Shown here in pieces: positions 10,561 to 21,240 of a stretch of 49,937 nucleotides of DNA; the first letter of the stretch is position 1, and the number at the start of each line of letters is the position of its first letter. The stretch comes from an uncultured Clostridia bacterium (lineage in GTDB: Bacteria; Bacillota; Clostridia; Oscillospirales; Ruminococcaceae): the NCBI GenBank assembly GCA_947175655.1, contig CAMWNQ010000001.1, positions 1 to 49,937 on the forward strand, given 5' to 3'. Made by a program: the position numbers and the translations under genes. Below the pieces are notes generated by a model, which was not told where the DNA came from, made no database searches, and saw nothing but the letters and a program-made list of their open reading frames with translations.

Positions 10561-11751
10561 ATGATAATGATGAAACTGCTTTTCCTGATTCTTATAATTG
10601 CCTGCATATTTTTCAGAATTCTTTATATATGGAACTTCTCAATTGCATTGCTTGCCATAGTATGTACAATTCTGTTTTTCTGTTTTATTATGGTTCTGAG
10701 CTTGAAACACAGTATAAAAATAAATCTTTCAGTATCAGAAAACAATGCTGAAAAGAATACACCTTTTAATGTAACACTGAACGTCATAAATAAAAGTATT
10801 TTTCCGGTTGCAAAGGCAGAAGCTTTTATATCATATCAGAATACAATAAACGGTGATATAAATGAAATTGAACTTTACTTTCCGATACAGGCTAGAAATG
10901 CACAGAAGATAGATTTCCAGCTTACTTCAAAATTCTGCGGAAAAATAAAAGTTCACAGTAACTTCATTATAATATATGATCCCATAAGACTTTTTAAAGC
11001 AAAAATAGCCAAAAACATTGAAACGGAAATAAATATACTTCCTTTATTCCACGAAGTAAACGGATATATAAACGACTCCTGCTATATAGATGACGAAAGC
11101 ACTATGTTTTCTCAGGTAAAATCAGGTGATGACCCCTCGGAAGTGTTTGACTTCCACGAATATCACGAGGGTGACAAGCCTACACTCATACACTGGAAAC
11201 TAAGTTCAAAAAAAGATGAATTCATAGTAAAAGAACTTAGTCTGCCTATAAATGAAAAAATAATGCTCTTTCCGGATATCCGGTGTTATGAATCTTCTGA
11301 ATACACACTGCCAGTTTTTGATACCATTATGGAAAGTTTTATGTCCGTTTCACTGTTTCTTCTTGAAAATCATCATCCGCATTTTACAATAATATATGAC
11401 AGCAAAATGAAAAGTTTCAATGAAATCTATATTAATGATGTGAAAACATTATATGAAATCATTCTTAACGCAATAAATAATGCTGATATAAAATGTAAGG
11501 AAAATCCGGTCGAAAAATTCTTTGAAGAATATCACGAAATATCCTGCTCCTCATTTACTCTCATAACCCACGAACTTGACAGAGAAATAATAAACTGTTT
11601 TGAACAAGGTATTTCATCAGAAATCAAAAATATAATATATGTCACCTCAAACAATGAAGAAAAGGATAATATTCCCTGTTTTGAAAATATAAATCTTATA
11701 ACTGTCTCTGCCGGAAAAGTCAAATCTTCACTTAATGGAATAGAACTTTAA
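10561..11751 (+). CDS. DUF58 domain protein
   Basis: N-terminal TM pair; FHEYHEGD...IHWKLSSK...VKE DUF58 signature; follows MoxR. Confidence 0.88.
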   Translation: MIMMKLLFLILIIACIFFRILYIWNFSIALLAIVCTILFFCFIMVLSLKHSIKINLSVSENNAEKNTPFNVTLNVINKSIFPVAKAEAFISYQNTINGDINEIELYFPIQARNAQKIDFQLTSKFCGKIKVHSNFIIIYDPIRLFKAKIAKNIETEINILPLFHEVNGYINDSCYIDDESTMFSQVKSGDDPSEVFDFHEYHEGDKPTLIHWKLSSKKDEFIVKELSLPINEKIMLFPDIRCYESSEYTLPVFDTIMESFMSVSLFLLENHHPHFTIIYDSKMKSFNEIYINDVKTLYEIILNAINNADIKCKENPVEKFFEEYHEISCSSFTLITHELDREIINCFEQGISSEIKNIIYVTSNNEEKDNIPCFENINLITVSAGKVKSSLNGIEL

Positions 11752-11766
11752 AGGGAGGCAGATAAA

Positions 11767-14439
11767 ATGAAAAAAGAAGTAAAAAATATAAGCGGAATAA
11801 AAATAAATGATAGTATAAAGATGTCTGTCAAGAAAAAAAGAAGAAATTTCCGTGAATTTGAAGCACTGATTATTGCATACTGCGGATTTGCTGGAATCAT
11901 AATGTTCTTTTTAAGTACTTTTGATATTCCTTTTGACCAGAATTCCATTTTAATATCCTCAATAATTTTTTCTGTCTTGTATGGCATAATAAGTACATTA
12001 AAAGGAAAAACGGCTCTTGTTTTTTTCCCCTCAAGTCTTCTGATATTTCTTGCCGGAATACTGAAATACTATGAACAGATTAAAACAGGTTTCTGTCTTG
12101 TATTCAATATAATGTACAAAAGGCTCACAGATACAGGTATAAACTATTTCAAATCAATAAGCCCTATAAATTCCCAGTATAATGTAACACTGTTTATGAT
12201 ATTTATAATATGGCTTCTTGCATTTATTATATTCTTCTTTACAGTTTACAGACCAAATATACTGATTATACTTGCATCAACTTTTCCTGTAATTGAAATA
12301 TGCCTTTATTATGGAATAGAAGTCCCAATATTATGGACTTCCCTTATGATTGGTTATTGGCTTGCAGTGCTTTCAGTATGTCTTACCGATATAGGTGAAT
12401 ACTATGGCGGTGGCGGTGGATTTACAAGAAAAGATGATACTTTCTTTCCAAAACGTAAAATGAAATTCAAAGTAACTGAAAAATGTGGTGTACTCATAAT
12501 TCTTATTACGCTGGTTACATCATTTGCATCTCAGAGCATTATCGATATAACGGGATATGAAAGAACAGACAAAATAAAAGAACAAAGACGTGAACTTAAA
12601 ACCGCCATAAATTCATTTTCACTTGAAGATTTGACAACAAGTATATCAGATATAATAGAACCTCTGGGTATTTCTCTGGAATATCAGGACAACAGACTCG
12701 GAAAATATAATAAAATCTCTTATAAGGGAAAGACAGATTTAATTCTGACTCTTGATACACTTCCGGAAAATGCCCTGTATCTTAAAGGATTTACAGCATC
12801 AACTTATAACAATAATGAATGGTTTGAACTGGATAATGATAAATATGACAGTTTAAATGAAATGTTTGAAAAATATAATATATATCCCCAACAGATACCT
12901 TTTTTTGTAAACTCCAAACTATATAGTACCAATACAAACAAGATAAAAATAGCTTCACAGAAAAAAAGTAATAAATTCTATGTTCCTTATGGCGTAATGC
13001 CAGAAGAAAGCTTTTCATTTAAAAATGACAATACCATAAAAAGAAAAAAAGAAAAAAAATACTCCTTTGAATTTTCAATGCCGGATATCTATTATATATC
13101 CGAAAATCTCCAGCTTACCGGCAAAAACCGTATTGACCTTGATTATTATCATAGTTTTACTGATGAACAGAATCAGACCATATATGATTTCTGTAATGAA
13201 TATGAAAACGGCAGAATGATGAGTAATATCAGCAGTCTGCCTGTACTTACGGATTATGATGCTATGATGAATATGCTTATTGAAAATAAATACAGGGATT
13301 TTGTATATGAAAATTATCTCAGCTATCCGGATAGTGAAGAATTTCAGGAAATCTATAATGAATACTCTGATATTCTTGAAAATGCATCTGTTTCAAGTGC
13401 TTTTGAAAGAATCGATACTCTACAGCAACTGAAAAACAAAATGAATCAGAATGTATCATATACCCTTGAACCCGGTAAAACACCTTCAACAAGGGATTTT
13501 GTAAACTACTTCCTGCTTGAAAACAAAAAAGGATATTGCGTTCACTATGCAACAGCCGGCGTACTTCTTGCACGTATGGCAGGAATTCCTGCAAGATACG
13601 CTACAGGATATATATCTGTAACAGATGATTACAATGAGGCTACAAGAAATATTGCAGACAGTTCGTATACTGTAAAAATTGAGGATAAACGTTCCCACGC
13701 TTGGGCTGAAATATATCTTGATGGATATGGCTGGATTCCTTTTGAATTTACTGCCGGATATTCTAACAATTCAATAGCATCGGAAAATCCTGAAAGTACT
13801 GAAACTACTGCCGTTACAAATGTTACTTCAACAACACAGACCAGAACTACTACTGTATCACATATAAACTCTGGTTCTTCAAAAAATACAAAAAATTCAA
13901 ATACTATAGTATCAAGATTAAATACAACTTCTTTAGTATCCACAACTATAATCACTACAATATCTGGCAACAGTTCACATTCCGGAAAACGTTTCATCAA
14001 TATGACAGATTATAGTATATATCCTGAAATTTTTGTGATGATTTCCATTTTGATATTGATTTTTGTAAGAAGATGGATTATAATAACAGTAAGGAAAAGA
14101 AGACTTTATTCCGGAAATGTAAATCCTAAAAAACGTGTGCTGAATAATTATAAGTATGTTATAAAGCTTTTCAGTTATATGAACGTAAAACAGGAAAATT
14201 TACAGTACAATGAATTTGCTGATAATATTGAAGCAATGTTTGCCGACATACTGTTCAAAAACGGAAACTTCAACAGTTTCAGTGAGATTGTTCTTAAATG
14301 TTCATTTAGCAACTACTCTCCTGACAAAAAGGAACTTGAATTCATATCGGCATTCTCAAAGGAAACTGCATTGAAAATATATAAAAAATCCGGTATAATA
14401 AGAAAAATTTATTTAAAATTCTTTTCTGCTCTGATATAA
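11767..14439 (+). CDS. membrane-anchored transglutaminase-like (Cys-His-acid triad) protein
   Basis: multiple N-terminal TMs; GYCVHYATA (Cys), GIPARYATGY, HAWAE (His), GWIPFEFT; S/T-rich linker then TM and C-terminal cytoplasmic domain. Confidence 0.9.
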   Translation: MKKEVKNISGIKINDSIKMSVKKKRRNFREFEALIIAYCGFAGIIMFFLSTFDIPFDQNSILISSIIFSVLYGIISTLKGKTALVFFPSSLLIFLAGILKYYEQIKTGFCLVFNIMYKRLTDTGINYFKSISPINSQYNVTLFMIFIIWLLAFIIFFFTVYRPNILIILASTFPVIEICLYYGIEVPILWTSLMIGYWLAVLSVCLTDIGEYYGGGGGFTRKDDTFFPKRKMKFKVTEKCGVLIILITLVTSFASQSIIDITGYERTDKIKEQRRELKTAINSFSLEDLTTSISDIIEPLGISLEYQDNRLGKYNKISYKGKTDLILTLDTLPENALYLKGFTASTYNNNEWFELDNDKYDSLNEMFEKYNIYPQQIPFFVNSKLYSTNTNKIKIASQKKSNKFYVPYGVMPEESFSFKNDNTIKRKKEKKYSFEFSMPDIYYISENLQLTGKNRIDLDYYHSFTDEQNQTIYDFCNEYENGRMMSNISSLPVLTDYDAMMNMLIENKYRDFVYENYLSYPDSEEFQEIYNEYSDILENASVSSAFERIDTLQQLKNKMNQNVSYTLEPGKTPSTRDFVNYFLLENKKGYCVHYATAGVLLARMAGIPARYATGYISVTDDYNEATRNIADSSYTVKIEDKRSHAWAEIYLDGYGWIPFEFTAGYSNNSIASENPESTETTAVTNVTSTTQTRTTTVSHINSGSSKNTKNSNTIVSRLNTTSLVSTTIITTISGNSSHSGKRFINMTDYSIYPEIFVMISILILIFVRRWIIITVRKRRLYSGNVNPKKRVLNNYKYVIKLFSYMNVKQENLQYNEFADNIEAMFADILFKNGNFNSFSEIVLKCSFSNYSPDKKELEFISAFSKETALKIYKKSGIIRKIYLKFFSALI

Positions 14440-14458
14440 AATAAAAGGAGGCAAAAAA

Positions 14459-15007
14459 ATGAATATCAAAAACTTTCGCTACAGCTTTGAGGCACTTATT
14501 ATAATCCTTGGTGTTATAATTCTTATAAATCCTATGGTAATCAATACTGTATTCAATGTACTGGGTTTATCAATTATTCTATATAATGTCATAAAATTTC
14601 TTCTTGGGAAAAGCGGTAGGGCTTTTGAATATCCTATGCCGAATTTCATAAGTGGTATATTGCTTGGTGCTTTAGTTATGATAATACCCCATATGGTAGG
14701 ATTCGGCATACCTCTTGTACTTGGATGCTTTGTGCTTTATAACGGCATAGAAAGACTTGTACAGGCGTGGCAGATTAAACAACAAGGTGGTAAATATTTA
14801 ACACCTGTTGTTATAGGAGCTGTATTTACCATTGTCGGAGTGGTAGTGATTATAAATCCATTCAGAACATCAGCATTTCTTTTCAGACTTCTTGGTCTGG
14901 TACTTGCCGGTTCAGGAGTTTTGAAAATTGCATCTGATGTAAAAACAAGAAAACAGAATGAAGATATTATACCTGATATTATTGAAGGTAAAATACACAA
15001 AGATTAA
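14459..15007 (+). CDS. DUF308/HdeD-like membrane protein
   Basis: about six TM segments with repeated G..i..NP motif; GGAGG RBS. Confidence 0.7.
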   Translation: MNIKNFRYSFEALIIILGVIILINPMVINTVFNVLGLSIILYNVIKFLLGKSGRAFEYPMPNFISGILLGALVMIIPHMVGFGIPLVLGCFVLYNGIERLVQAWQIKQQGGKYLTPVVIGAVFTIVGVVVIINPFRTSAFLFRLLGLVLAGSGVLKIASDVKTRKQNEDIIPDIIEGKIHKD

Positions 15008-15047
15008 TTGTTAATTCATAATTAAGAATGCATAATTATGAATTTTA
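15006..15047. repeat. 7-bp lattice array starting in the stop codon of the DUF308 gene
   Basis: AATTGTT AATTCAT AATTAAG AATGCAT AATTATG AATTTTA. Confidence 0.9.
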
Positions 15048-15063
15048 ATCTCAGATAAAATTT

Positions 15064-15099
15064 AAGGCGATTCAGAAATCTGAACCGCCTTGTTTTTTT
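15064..15099 (+). terminator. intrinsic terminator between convergent operons
   Basis: aaggcgattcaga-aa-tctgaaccgcctt then gTTTTTTT. Confidence 0.85.
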
Positions 15100-15100
15100 A

Positions 15101-15128
15101 TATTAAGAATGTATAATTATGAATTATA
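15101..15128. repeat. 7-bp lattice array containing stop codon of 15117-15992 ORF
   Basis: TATTAAG AATGTAT AATTATG AATTATA. Confidence 0.8.
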
Positions 15129-15992
15129 TTTTTTTATTCTGTTTATGATGGTGTGTATTATTATTTCGAGAACTCCGAAAGCAAGCAGTGCTATTTCAAA
15201 GACAGTGAATGAATCAGTAATTCTGTACATAAAAGTTGTAAATGCTGTAAATATTTGCTCCTGCTTTATAACAAAGGCATCAAAGTAATCAGATGATGTT
15301 ATATATACGCAGGGAACAAGTCCTATAATTCCGGATATTATAAATGATATGCCTAACCAGTATAATATGTCCCTGATATTCTTAATACATAACAGCAGGA
15401 GCATTATAATACATATAATGTCAGCAATTACAAATAAATAAGTGAGCTTTTCAAGATAACCTATATACCTTCTTACCTGATTAAATACCCCTCTGTCATA
15501 AAGAGTATCGGTCTTGAATATATCCGCAGAACTGTTAATTATCTTATGTGCAGTATCTATTTCCTTTTTCAACTTGTCATTATATGATGAATCTTTAATA
15601 TAACCATTTTCGTCAGCATAATTTTCAAAGAAATTCGTTATACTGGCATCAAGAGCATCAAAATCAATGTCCTTTGAATACTCCGACTGATTTTTTACAT
15701 ATAAAAATGCATTTGAAATACGGTTTTTTATTATATCATCAAGCCATTCCTGAGATATGCTGTTCATATAGACTTCCGGAGGTATTCCAGTAGAGTTATA
15801 TTTTTCATTGAAAGTTTTTTCAATATAGTTTCTGGTTTTTGATGTCAGGTCTTTTTCATCAATAATTTTTATGCAGGTATTTTCATTCAGTATAACTTTA
15901 TTGGAAATAATACATATACCTGTACCGAGCATTGAGAAAACAAGAATTATTGCAATCAGAACACAGGGAATATAAGTCTTTTTGTTTTTCAT
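15117..15992 (-). CDS. hypothetical membrane protein (third gene of sortase operon)
   Basis: 291 aa; N-terminal TM, soluble helical region, three C-terminal TMs; 5 bp from sortase stop. Confidence 0.8.
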   Translation of the reverse strand: MKNKKTYIPCVLIAIILVFSMLGTGICIISNKVILNENTCIKIIDEKDLTSKTRNYIEKTFNEKYNSTGIPPEVYMNSISQEWLDDIIKNRISNAFLYVKNQSEYSKDIDFDALDASITNFFENYADENGYIKDSSYNDKLKKEIDTAHKIINSSADIFKTDTLYDRGVFNQVRRYIGYLEKLTYLFVIADIICIIMLLLLCIKNIRDILYWLGISFIISGIIGLVPCVYITSSDYFDAFVIKQEQIFTAFTTFMYRITDSFTVFEIALLAFGVLEIIIHTIINRIKKYNS

Positions 15993-15997
15993 TTTTT

Positions 15998-16714
15998 TTA
16001 CTGTTCCCCTTTCTGACCATCTTCAGAATTTATATAGAATTTCTTGTCAACTACCTTGCATACTGCACCGATACGCAAATCAGATGCTCCCAGAACATCA
16101 GGCTTGCAGGTATATAGCGTCAGAACTTCTTCATCTTTAGGGATTATATATTTTTTATTGGATTTCTTAAACTCAACGGTTTCTGTTACTTCATAAGTAA
16201 AAATACCATAGTTTGTAGCTACTTCTACTTTATCACCAGATTCAAGTTTTTCAAGTTCTGAAAAAAATGTATTTACATGTGCTGATATTACGGCATTTCC
16301 GATTTCTCCAATAAGCATAGAACTTGAACTCTGACAAGCTCCCCTTTCGAAAAGTTCAGAATTGCTTCCCCAGTATACAGGCACGTCAAGTTCAAATTTA
16401 TCACTTGAAATTATGGCAAACTGTTCACCGAAACTTGGTCGGATTACTTTTCCTGTTTCAGAAAATTCCTTATCATATTCAACTTTGATTTCATTTTCCT
16501 TTATATTCAGACCTGCTGTAATTCCGTTTGTATCTGGTATAGTTTTAAGACTGTCCATAAATGCAAGATTAAGATAAGTTGATATTTTATTATAAGGCTT
16601 TATAACTGCGACTATTGTTATACCAAGGCATATAATCAATATAAATATCGGAGTAAGAACAGAAATCAGCAAACGTCCTGACTTTTTACTTTCATTTTTT
16701 TTATCTTCATTCAT
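15998..16714 (-). CDS. sortase (class D-like)
   Basis: N-terminal membrane anchor; ISAH (His), LTLYTC (TLxTC Cys), downstream Arg (DLR); F..L..L..GD motif. Confidence 0.9.
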   Translation of the reverse strand: MNEDKKNESKKSGRLLISVLTPIFILIICLGITIVAVIKPYNKISTYLNLAFMDSLKTIPDTNGITAGLNIKENEIKVEYDKEFSETGKVIRPSFGEQFAIISSDKFELDVPVYWGSNSELFERGACQSSSSMLIGEIGNAVISAHVNTFFSELEKLESGDKVEVATNYGIFTYEVTETVEFKKSNKKYIIPKDEEVLTLYTCKPDVLGASDLRIGAVCKVVDKKFYINSEDGQKGEQ

Positions 16715-17562
16715 ATTTTTCTATCGTCCTTTAAAATTTTTCTGAAAATAAAATATATTCCAGCTGATGAGATTGCTATTCCAGCTGATACAAGTGCAAA
16801 AAGCATTCTGTAGTCATATCCTGTATCTTCAACTGTAGCACCTAATCCCGACTGGTCTACAAGAACACCATCATTATTTCTTACTGATACTGATATATTA
16901 TCACCGTCTATATTGTCAACAGTCATATTAAGTCCCATTTGTTCACCAGCTTCAACAAAACGTGAAAGCAATTCAGTTTTATTATCCATAGGTAACTGTT
17001 TTATAATGCTGTTACGTTCTTCAGTCGTGAGATTTTCAATAAATCCTGCTCTTTCATTTTCCGGAAGCGATTGAACATAACTTACCTTATCATCTATAGA
17101 CATATTTATAAAATCTGATGATGATATACCGCCCGACTGATTATCTGATGACGAATCAGAATTATTATTATCAGTATCACCGATTACAGGGTCAGGATTT
17201 GAATCGGAAGTTAAATCCGAATCAGAAACCGAGTCAGGATTTGAATCAGGAACTGAACTGCTATCAGGATTTTGCGGAGTGTCAGTTATACCGAAATATT
17301 GTTTTATAACTAAATCCGAATCAGTTCCATAGAGATGAAGAGTATTTATAGCTGTTTCAAAGTCTTCCGGGGTATAGGCATCAGGATTAGAATAATATGC
17401 ATTATATGCCGACTGTATTATTGATTCCGATACTCCATAACTTCTTGCAACTTCTGCACAGTCATCAATAGTTGCACCGTTAGCGTTCAATGCCGTAAGA
17501 GACATACTGCATACTACTATAAAAGCAGATACAATGCTTTTAAGTTTAGTAAATTTTTTCAT
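16711..17562 (-). CDS. secreted, probably cell-wall-anchored protein with VEDTG sorting signal
   Basis: signal peptide, D/S/N/P-rich linker, C-terminal VEDTG + hydrophobic helix + RKILKDDRKI; 4-bp overlap with sortase start. Confidence 0.8.
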   Translation of the reverse strand: MKKFTKLKSIVSAFIVVCSMSLTALNANGATIDDCAEVARSYGVSESIIQSAYNAYYSNPDAYTPEDFETAINTLHLYGTDSDLVIKQYFGITDTPQNPDSSSVPDSNPDSVSDSDLTSDSNPDPVIGDTDNNNSDSSSDNQSGGISSSDFINMSIDDKVSYVQSLPENERAGFIENLTTEERNSIIKQLPMDNKTELLSRFVEAGEQMGLNMTVDNIDGDNISVSVRNNDGVLVDQSGLGATVEDTGYDYRMLFALVSAGIAISSAGIYFIFRKILKDDRKI

Positions 17563-17619
17563 TTTTGGTTGTCCTCCATTTTATCTTTATATTCTTTCTG
17601 GAATCGCTTCCATATGACT

Positions 17620-17648
17620 ATTATATCTTTATTTTAATCATAAGTCAA
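17620..17648 (-). promoter_or_regulatory. sigma-A promoter for sortase operon
   Basis: minus strand TTGACT, 17 nt, TATAAT. Confidence 0.7.
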
Positions 17649-17658
17649 GTGGAAATAT

Positions 17659-17685
17659 AAAAAAGCCTCCCCTTAAAGGGGAGGA
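17659..17685 (-). terminator. intrinsic terminator after pheT
   Basis: minus strand cctcccct-tta-aggggagg-c-TTTTTT. Confidence 0.85.
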
Positions 17686-17691
17686 AAGGAT

Positions 17692-20085
17692 TTACATACG
17701 AAGTTCTGCACCTAATTCTGCGAGAGCTTTAAGTACCTTTTTCATAGCACTGTCAGCCTGTTCATCATTAAGAGTTCCGTCGTGTGAACGCATTACTATT
17801 GAATATGAAACGCTCTTTTTACCGTCAGCAATCTGCTTGCCCTTGTAAACATCAAAGAGAGTAACTTTTTCAAGTATCTTTCCTACAGCCTTTTTAATTG
17901 CAGACTCAAGCTTTGCAACAGGTATTTCATCATCACAAATTATGCTTAAATCTCTTGTAGTAGCTGGGAATTTAGGCAACGGCTGGTATTTTATATTATT
18001 ATCAGCTGATTCTATAAGTTCTGGAATATTCAATTTTGCAACATATACTTTAGTATTGAAGCCATAATTTTCCTGAACATCCGGATGAACTTCACCAAGA
18101 TAGCCAAGAGGTACATTGTTTTTAAGTATTACTGCACATCTTCCTGTATGAAGTGCAACAGTTTCATCAAAAGCATTGCATTCTGAAGCTCTTACATATT
18201 CAACATCTTTGATATTGAATGATTCAAGTATTTTTTCAACTGTACCCTTTATATCATAGAAATCTACATTATCGCCATACATTCCGAAAGTAAGTCTTTG
18301 CGGTTCATCAGGAAGAGGATTTCCCTCAACAGGTATATATTCCTTGCTTATCTCATAGAGCCTTGCAGAAGGATTTCTGTGACTGTAGTTCATTGAAAGA
18401 ACTTCAAGCATTGATGGAAGTGTAGTTGTTCTCATAACGCTTGTATCTTCTCCGAGAGGATTTGAAATCTTTACTGTATTTCGGAGACTGCTTTCTTCAG
18501 GAAGATTGATTTTATCAAAATACTTAGGTGAAACAAATGAATATGTAGCTATTCCGTAATATCCAAGACTTACAATAATATTTTCAAGTTTCTTTATAAA
18601 TTTCTGTTCAGGAGTGAGTTCTGCTGATGCAACACCCTTGAATTCTGTTGATGGTATATTGTTATATCCATATATTCTGGCAACCTCTTCTGCTATATCT
18701 GCTTTGCATTCTATATCAATTCTGAATGATGGTGCAATAACTTTTCCGTCCTGAACTTTAAAATCAAGTCTTTCAAGATAATCAATCATATCAGCTTCCG
18801 GAATATCAGTACCAAGGAAACTGTTAATCCATTCTGAATTGAATTCAACTGTTGCCGAAGTCTTATCTGTATAATTCTTATCAATTACAGTCCTTATTAC
18901 TTCCCCTGCTCCGAGTTCTTCAACAAGCTGGAATGCTCTTTCAAGACAAGTCATACTTATCTGTGAATCAACACCCTTTTCATATCTCATAGATGCATCA
19001 GAACGCATACCGAGTTTCTTGGCTGTACGTCTTACCTGTACCGACTCAAAATATGCAGACTCAAAAACAACTGTTGTTGTATCGTCCATAATTCCGCTGT
19101 ATTCTCCGCCCATTACTCCAGCTACTGCTACAGGTTTTGACTTATCGGCAATTACAAGCATCTCCGATGAAAGTTCACGTTCAACGCCGTCAAGAGTAGT
19201 TATTTTTTCACCGTCTACGGCATTTCTTACATTTATTTCAGAACCCTCAACATATCTGAGGTCAAAAGCGTGCATTGGCTGACCGTATTCAAGCATTACA
19301 TAGTTTGTAATATCAACAAAGTTATTTATTGGTCTTACTCCGCTTGCTCTGAGTCTCTCACGCATCCATCTCGGAGAAGGTTCAATCTTTACATTCTTTA
19401 CAATACCTGCACAATATCTCTGACACTTTTCTGTATTGTGAACTGTAACACCGAGAAGTTCATTAATATCTCCGTCAACACCCTTGAAAGATGGTACAGG
19501 AATATTAAGCGGAATATTGAATGTTGCTGATGTTTCTCTTGCAAGTCCTGTAACGCTGAGACAATCAGGACGGTTTGATGTGATTTCAAATTCAACAGAA
19601 GTATCATCAAGACCTATTGCTGACTGGATATCCTGTCCGATTTCGCATTCTTCCTGAATGATAAATATTCCGTCTTCAATTGCATAAGGGAAATCGTGCT
19701 TTGTAAGTCCAAGTTCCCCGAGAGAACAGAGCATACCATTACTTGCAACTCCTCTGAGTTTACCCTTTTTAATCTTGACACCGTTAGGGAGAACAGCACC
19801 GTCAAGAGCTACAGGAACAATATCATCTGCGTTTACATTTGACGCTCCTGTTACAATCTGTACAGGTTCATCTTTGCCGACTTCAACCTGACATACTACA
19901 AGGTGGTCAGAATTTTCGTGCGGTACTACCGAAAGAATCTTTCCGACTACTACATTTTTTATATCTGCACCTTCAACTTCAAAAGCTTCTACTTTTGAAC
20001 CGCTCATTGTAAGAGCGTGACAGTAATCTTTTATCGGCATATCAGCTTTTACATAATCTGAAAGCCATTTCATTGACAAATTCAT
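17692..20085 (-). CDS. pheT: phenylalanine--tRNA ligase beta subunit
   Basis: 797 aa; SMKWL, KLRGVASNGMLCS, ITSNRPDCLS, VDITNYV, EEVARIYGY, FP...RDLS. Confidence 0.98.
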   Translation of the reverse strand: MNLSMKWLSDYVKADMPIKDYCHALTMSGSKVEAFEVEGADIKNVVVGKILSVVPHENSDHLVVCQVEVGKDEPVQIVTGASNVNADDIVPVALDGAVLPNGVKIKKGKLRGVASNGMLCSLGELGLTKHDFPYAIEDGIFIIQEECEIGQDIQSAIGLDDTSVEFEITSNRPDCLSVTGLARETSATFNIPLNIPVPSFKGVDGDINELLGVTVHNTEKCQRYCAGIVKNVKIEPSPRWMRERLRASGVRPINNFVDITNYVMLEYGQPMHAFDLRYVEGSEINVRNAVDGEKITTLDGVERELSSEMLVIADKSKPVAVAGVMGGEYSGIMDDTTTVVFESAYFESVQVRRTAKKLGMRSDASMRYEKGVDSQISMTCLERAFQLVEELGAGEVIRTVIDKNYTDKTSATVEFNSEWINSFLGTDIPEADMIDYLERLDFKVQDGKVIAPSFRIDIECKADIAEEVARIYGYNNIPSTEFKGVASAELTPEQKFIKKLENIIVSLGYYGIATYSFVSPKYFDKINLPEESSLRNTVKISNPLGEDTSVMRTTTLPSMLEVLSMNYSHRNPSARLYEISKEYIPVEGNPLPDEPQRLTFGMYGDNVDFYDIKGTVEKILESFNIKDVEYVRASECNAFDETVALHTGRCAVILKNNVPLGYLGEVHPDVQENYGFNTKVYVAKLNIPELIESADNNIKYQPLPKFPATTRDLSIICDDEIPVAKLESAIKKAVGKILEKVTLFDVYKGKQIADGKKSVSYSIVMRSHDGTLNDEQADSAMKKVLKALAELGAELRM

Positions 20086-20182
20086 ATCTTTTTTCCTTTC
20101 GACCTTATTTCATTTGCATCTTTCTGAAAATTTTCATCATATTCATAACAACATGTACATTTATCATTATTGCTTTCTATAA

Positions 20183-21202
20183 TCAGAACTGTTCTAAAAA
20201 TCTCACATCATTTTCATAAAGCAGACGTAAATCATTTATATCATATTTGCCCATTACCATTCTTTCAAGACCCATTCCGAAAGCAAATCCGGAATAAACA
20301 CTGCTATCAATTCCACAGCCTTCAAGAACTTTCGGGTGAACCATTCCTGCACCAAGAAGTTCAATATATCCCTCGTCCTTGCACATTGAACAGCCCTTGC
20401 CACCACAGTTAAAACAGCTTATATCAACTTCACAGCTTGGTTCTGTAAACGGGAAGTGATGAGGTCTGAAACGAAGCTTGCAATCATTACCATAGATTTT
20501 TTTCATAAGAAGTTCAAGAGTTCCCTTTAAATCTGACATTGTTATGCCCTTATCAACTACAAGGCCTTCAATCTGATGGAATATCGGTGAATGAGTTGCA
20601 TCTACTGCATCTGAACGGTAAACTCTGCCCGGAGATATAATTCTTATCGGCGGTTTCTGAGTCTCCATAACGTGAACCTGAACTGATGATGTCTGTGTAC
20701 GGAGAAGTATATTATCACTAATATAAAAAGTATCTTGAGTATCTCTTGCAGGGTGGTCAGGCGGAAGATTGAGAGCTTCAAATACGTGATAATCGTCATC
20801 AACCTCAGGACCATCAGCAATGCTGAATCCCATACCCATAAATATATCCTTTATTTCGTTTTCAACTACGGTCATCGGATGAAGTTTTCCGAGAGACTGA
20901 ACCTTTCCTGGAAGAGTAATATCGATTGACTCTGCCTTCATTTTTTCTGCCTTGGCATTTTCTTTAAGAATGGAGAGTTTTTCAGAAATAGCCCCTTCAA
21001 TATCTGAACGCACCTTGTTTGCGAGCTGACCTATTACCGGTCTTTCATCAGCGGAAAGTTTACCCATCTGTTTGAGTATGGCAGTAAGTTCTCCTTTCTT
21101 TCCGAGATATTTTACTCTTAAATCGTCAAGCAACTTGATTTCCTTACAGGCGGAAAGTTCTTCTTTTGCAAGTGTCTCAATTTTTTCAAGCTGTTGTTTC
21201 AT
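20183..21202 (-). CDS. pheS: phenylalanine--tRNA ligase alpha subunit
   Basis: [40 protein letters not shown]. Confidence 0.98.
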   Translation of the reverse strand: MKQQLEKIETLAKEELSACKEIKLLDDLRVKYLGKKGELTAILKQMGKLSADERPVIGQLANKVRSDIEGAISEKLSILKENAKAEKMKAESIDITLPGKVQSLGKLHPMTVVENEIKDIFMGMGFSIADGPEVDDDYHVFEALNLPPDHPARDTQDTFYISDNILLRTQTSSVQVHVMETQKPPIRIISPGRVYRSDAVDATHSPIFHQIEGLVVDKGITMSDLKGTLELLMKKIYGNDCKLRFRPHHFPFTEPSCEVDISCFNCGGKGCSMCKDEGYIELLGAGMVHPKVLEGCGIDSSVYSGFAFGMGLERMVMGKYDINDLRLLYENDVRFLEQF

Positions 21203-21240
21203 TTTATCACCTCATAAAATTAAAATTTAAAATAAATATA

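Noticed and set aside
20086-20182. 97-bp pheS-pheT gap as a hidden element
   Set aside because: No hairpin, repeat or credible ORF was seen beyond the pheT RBS.
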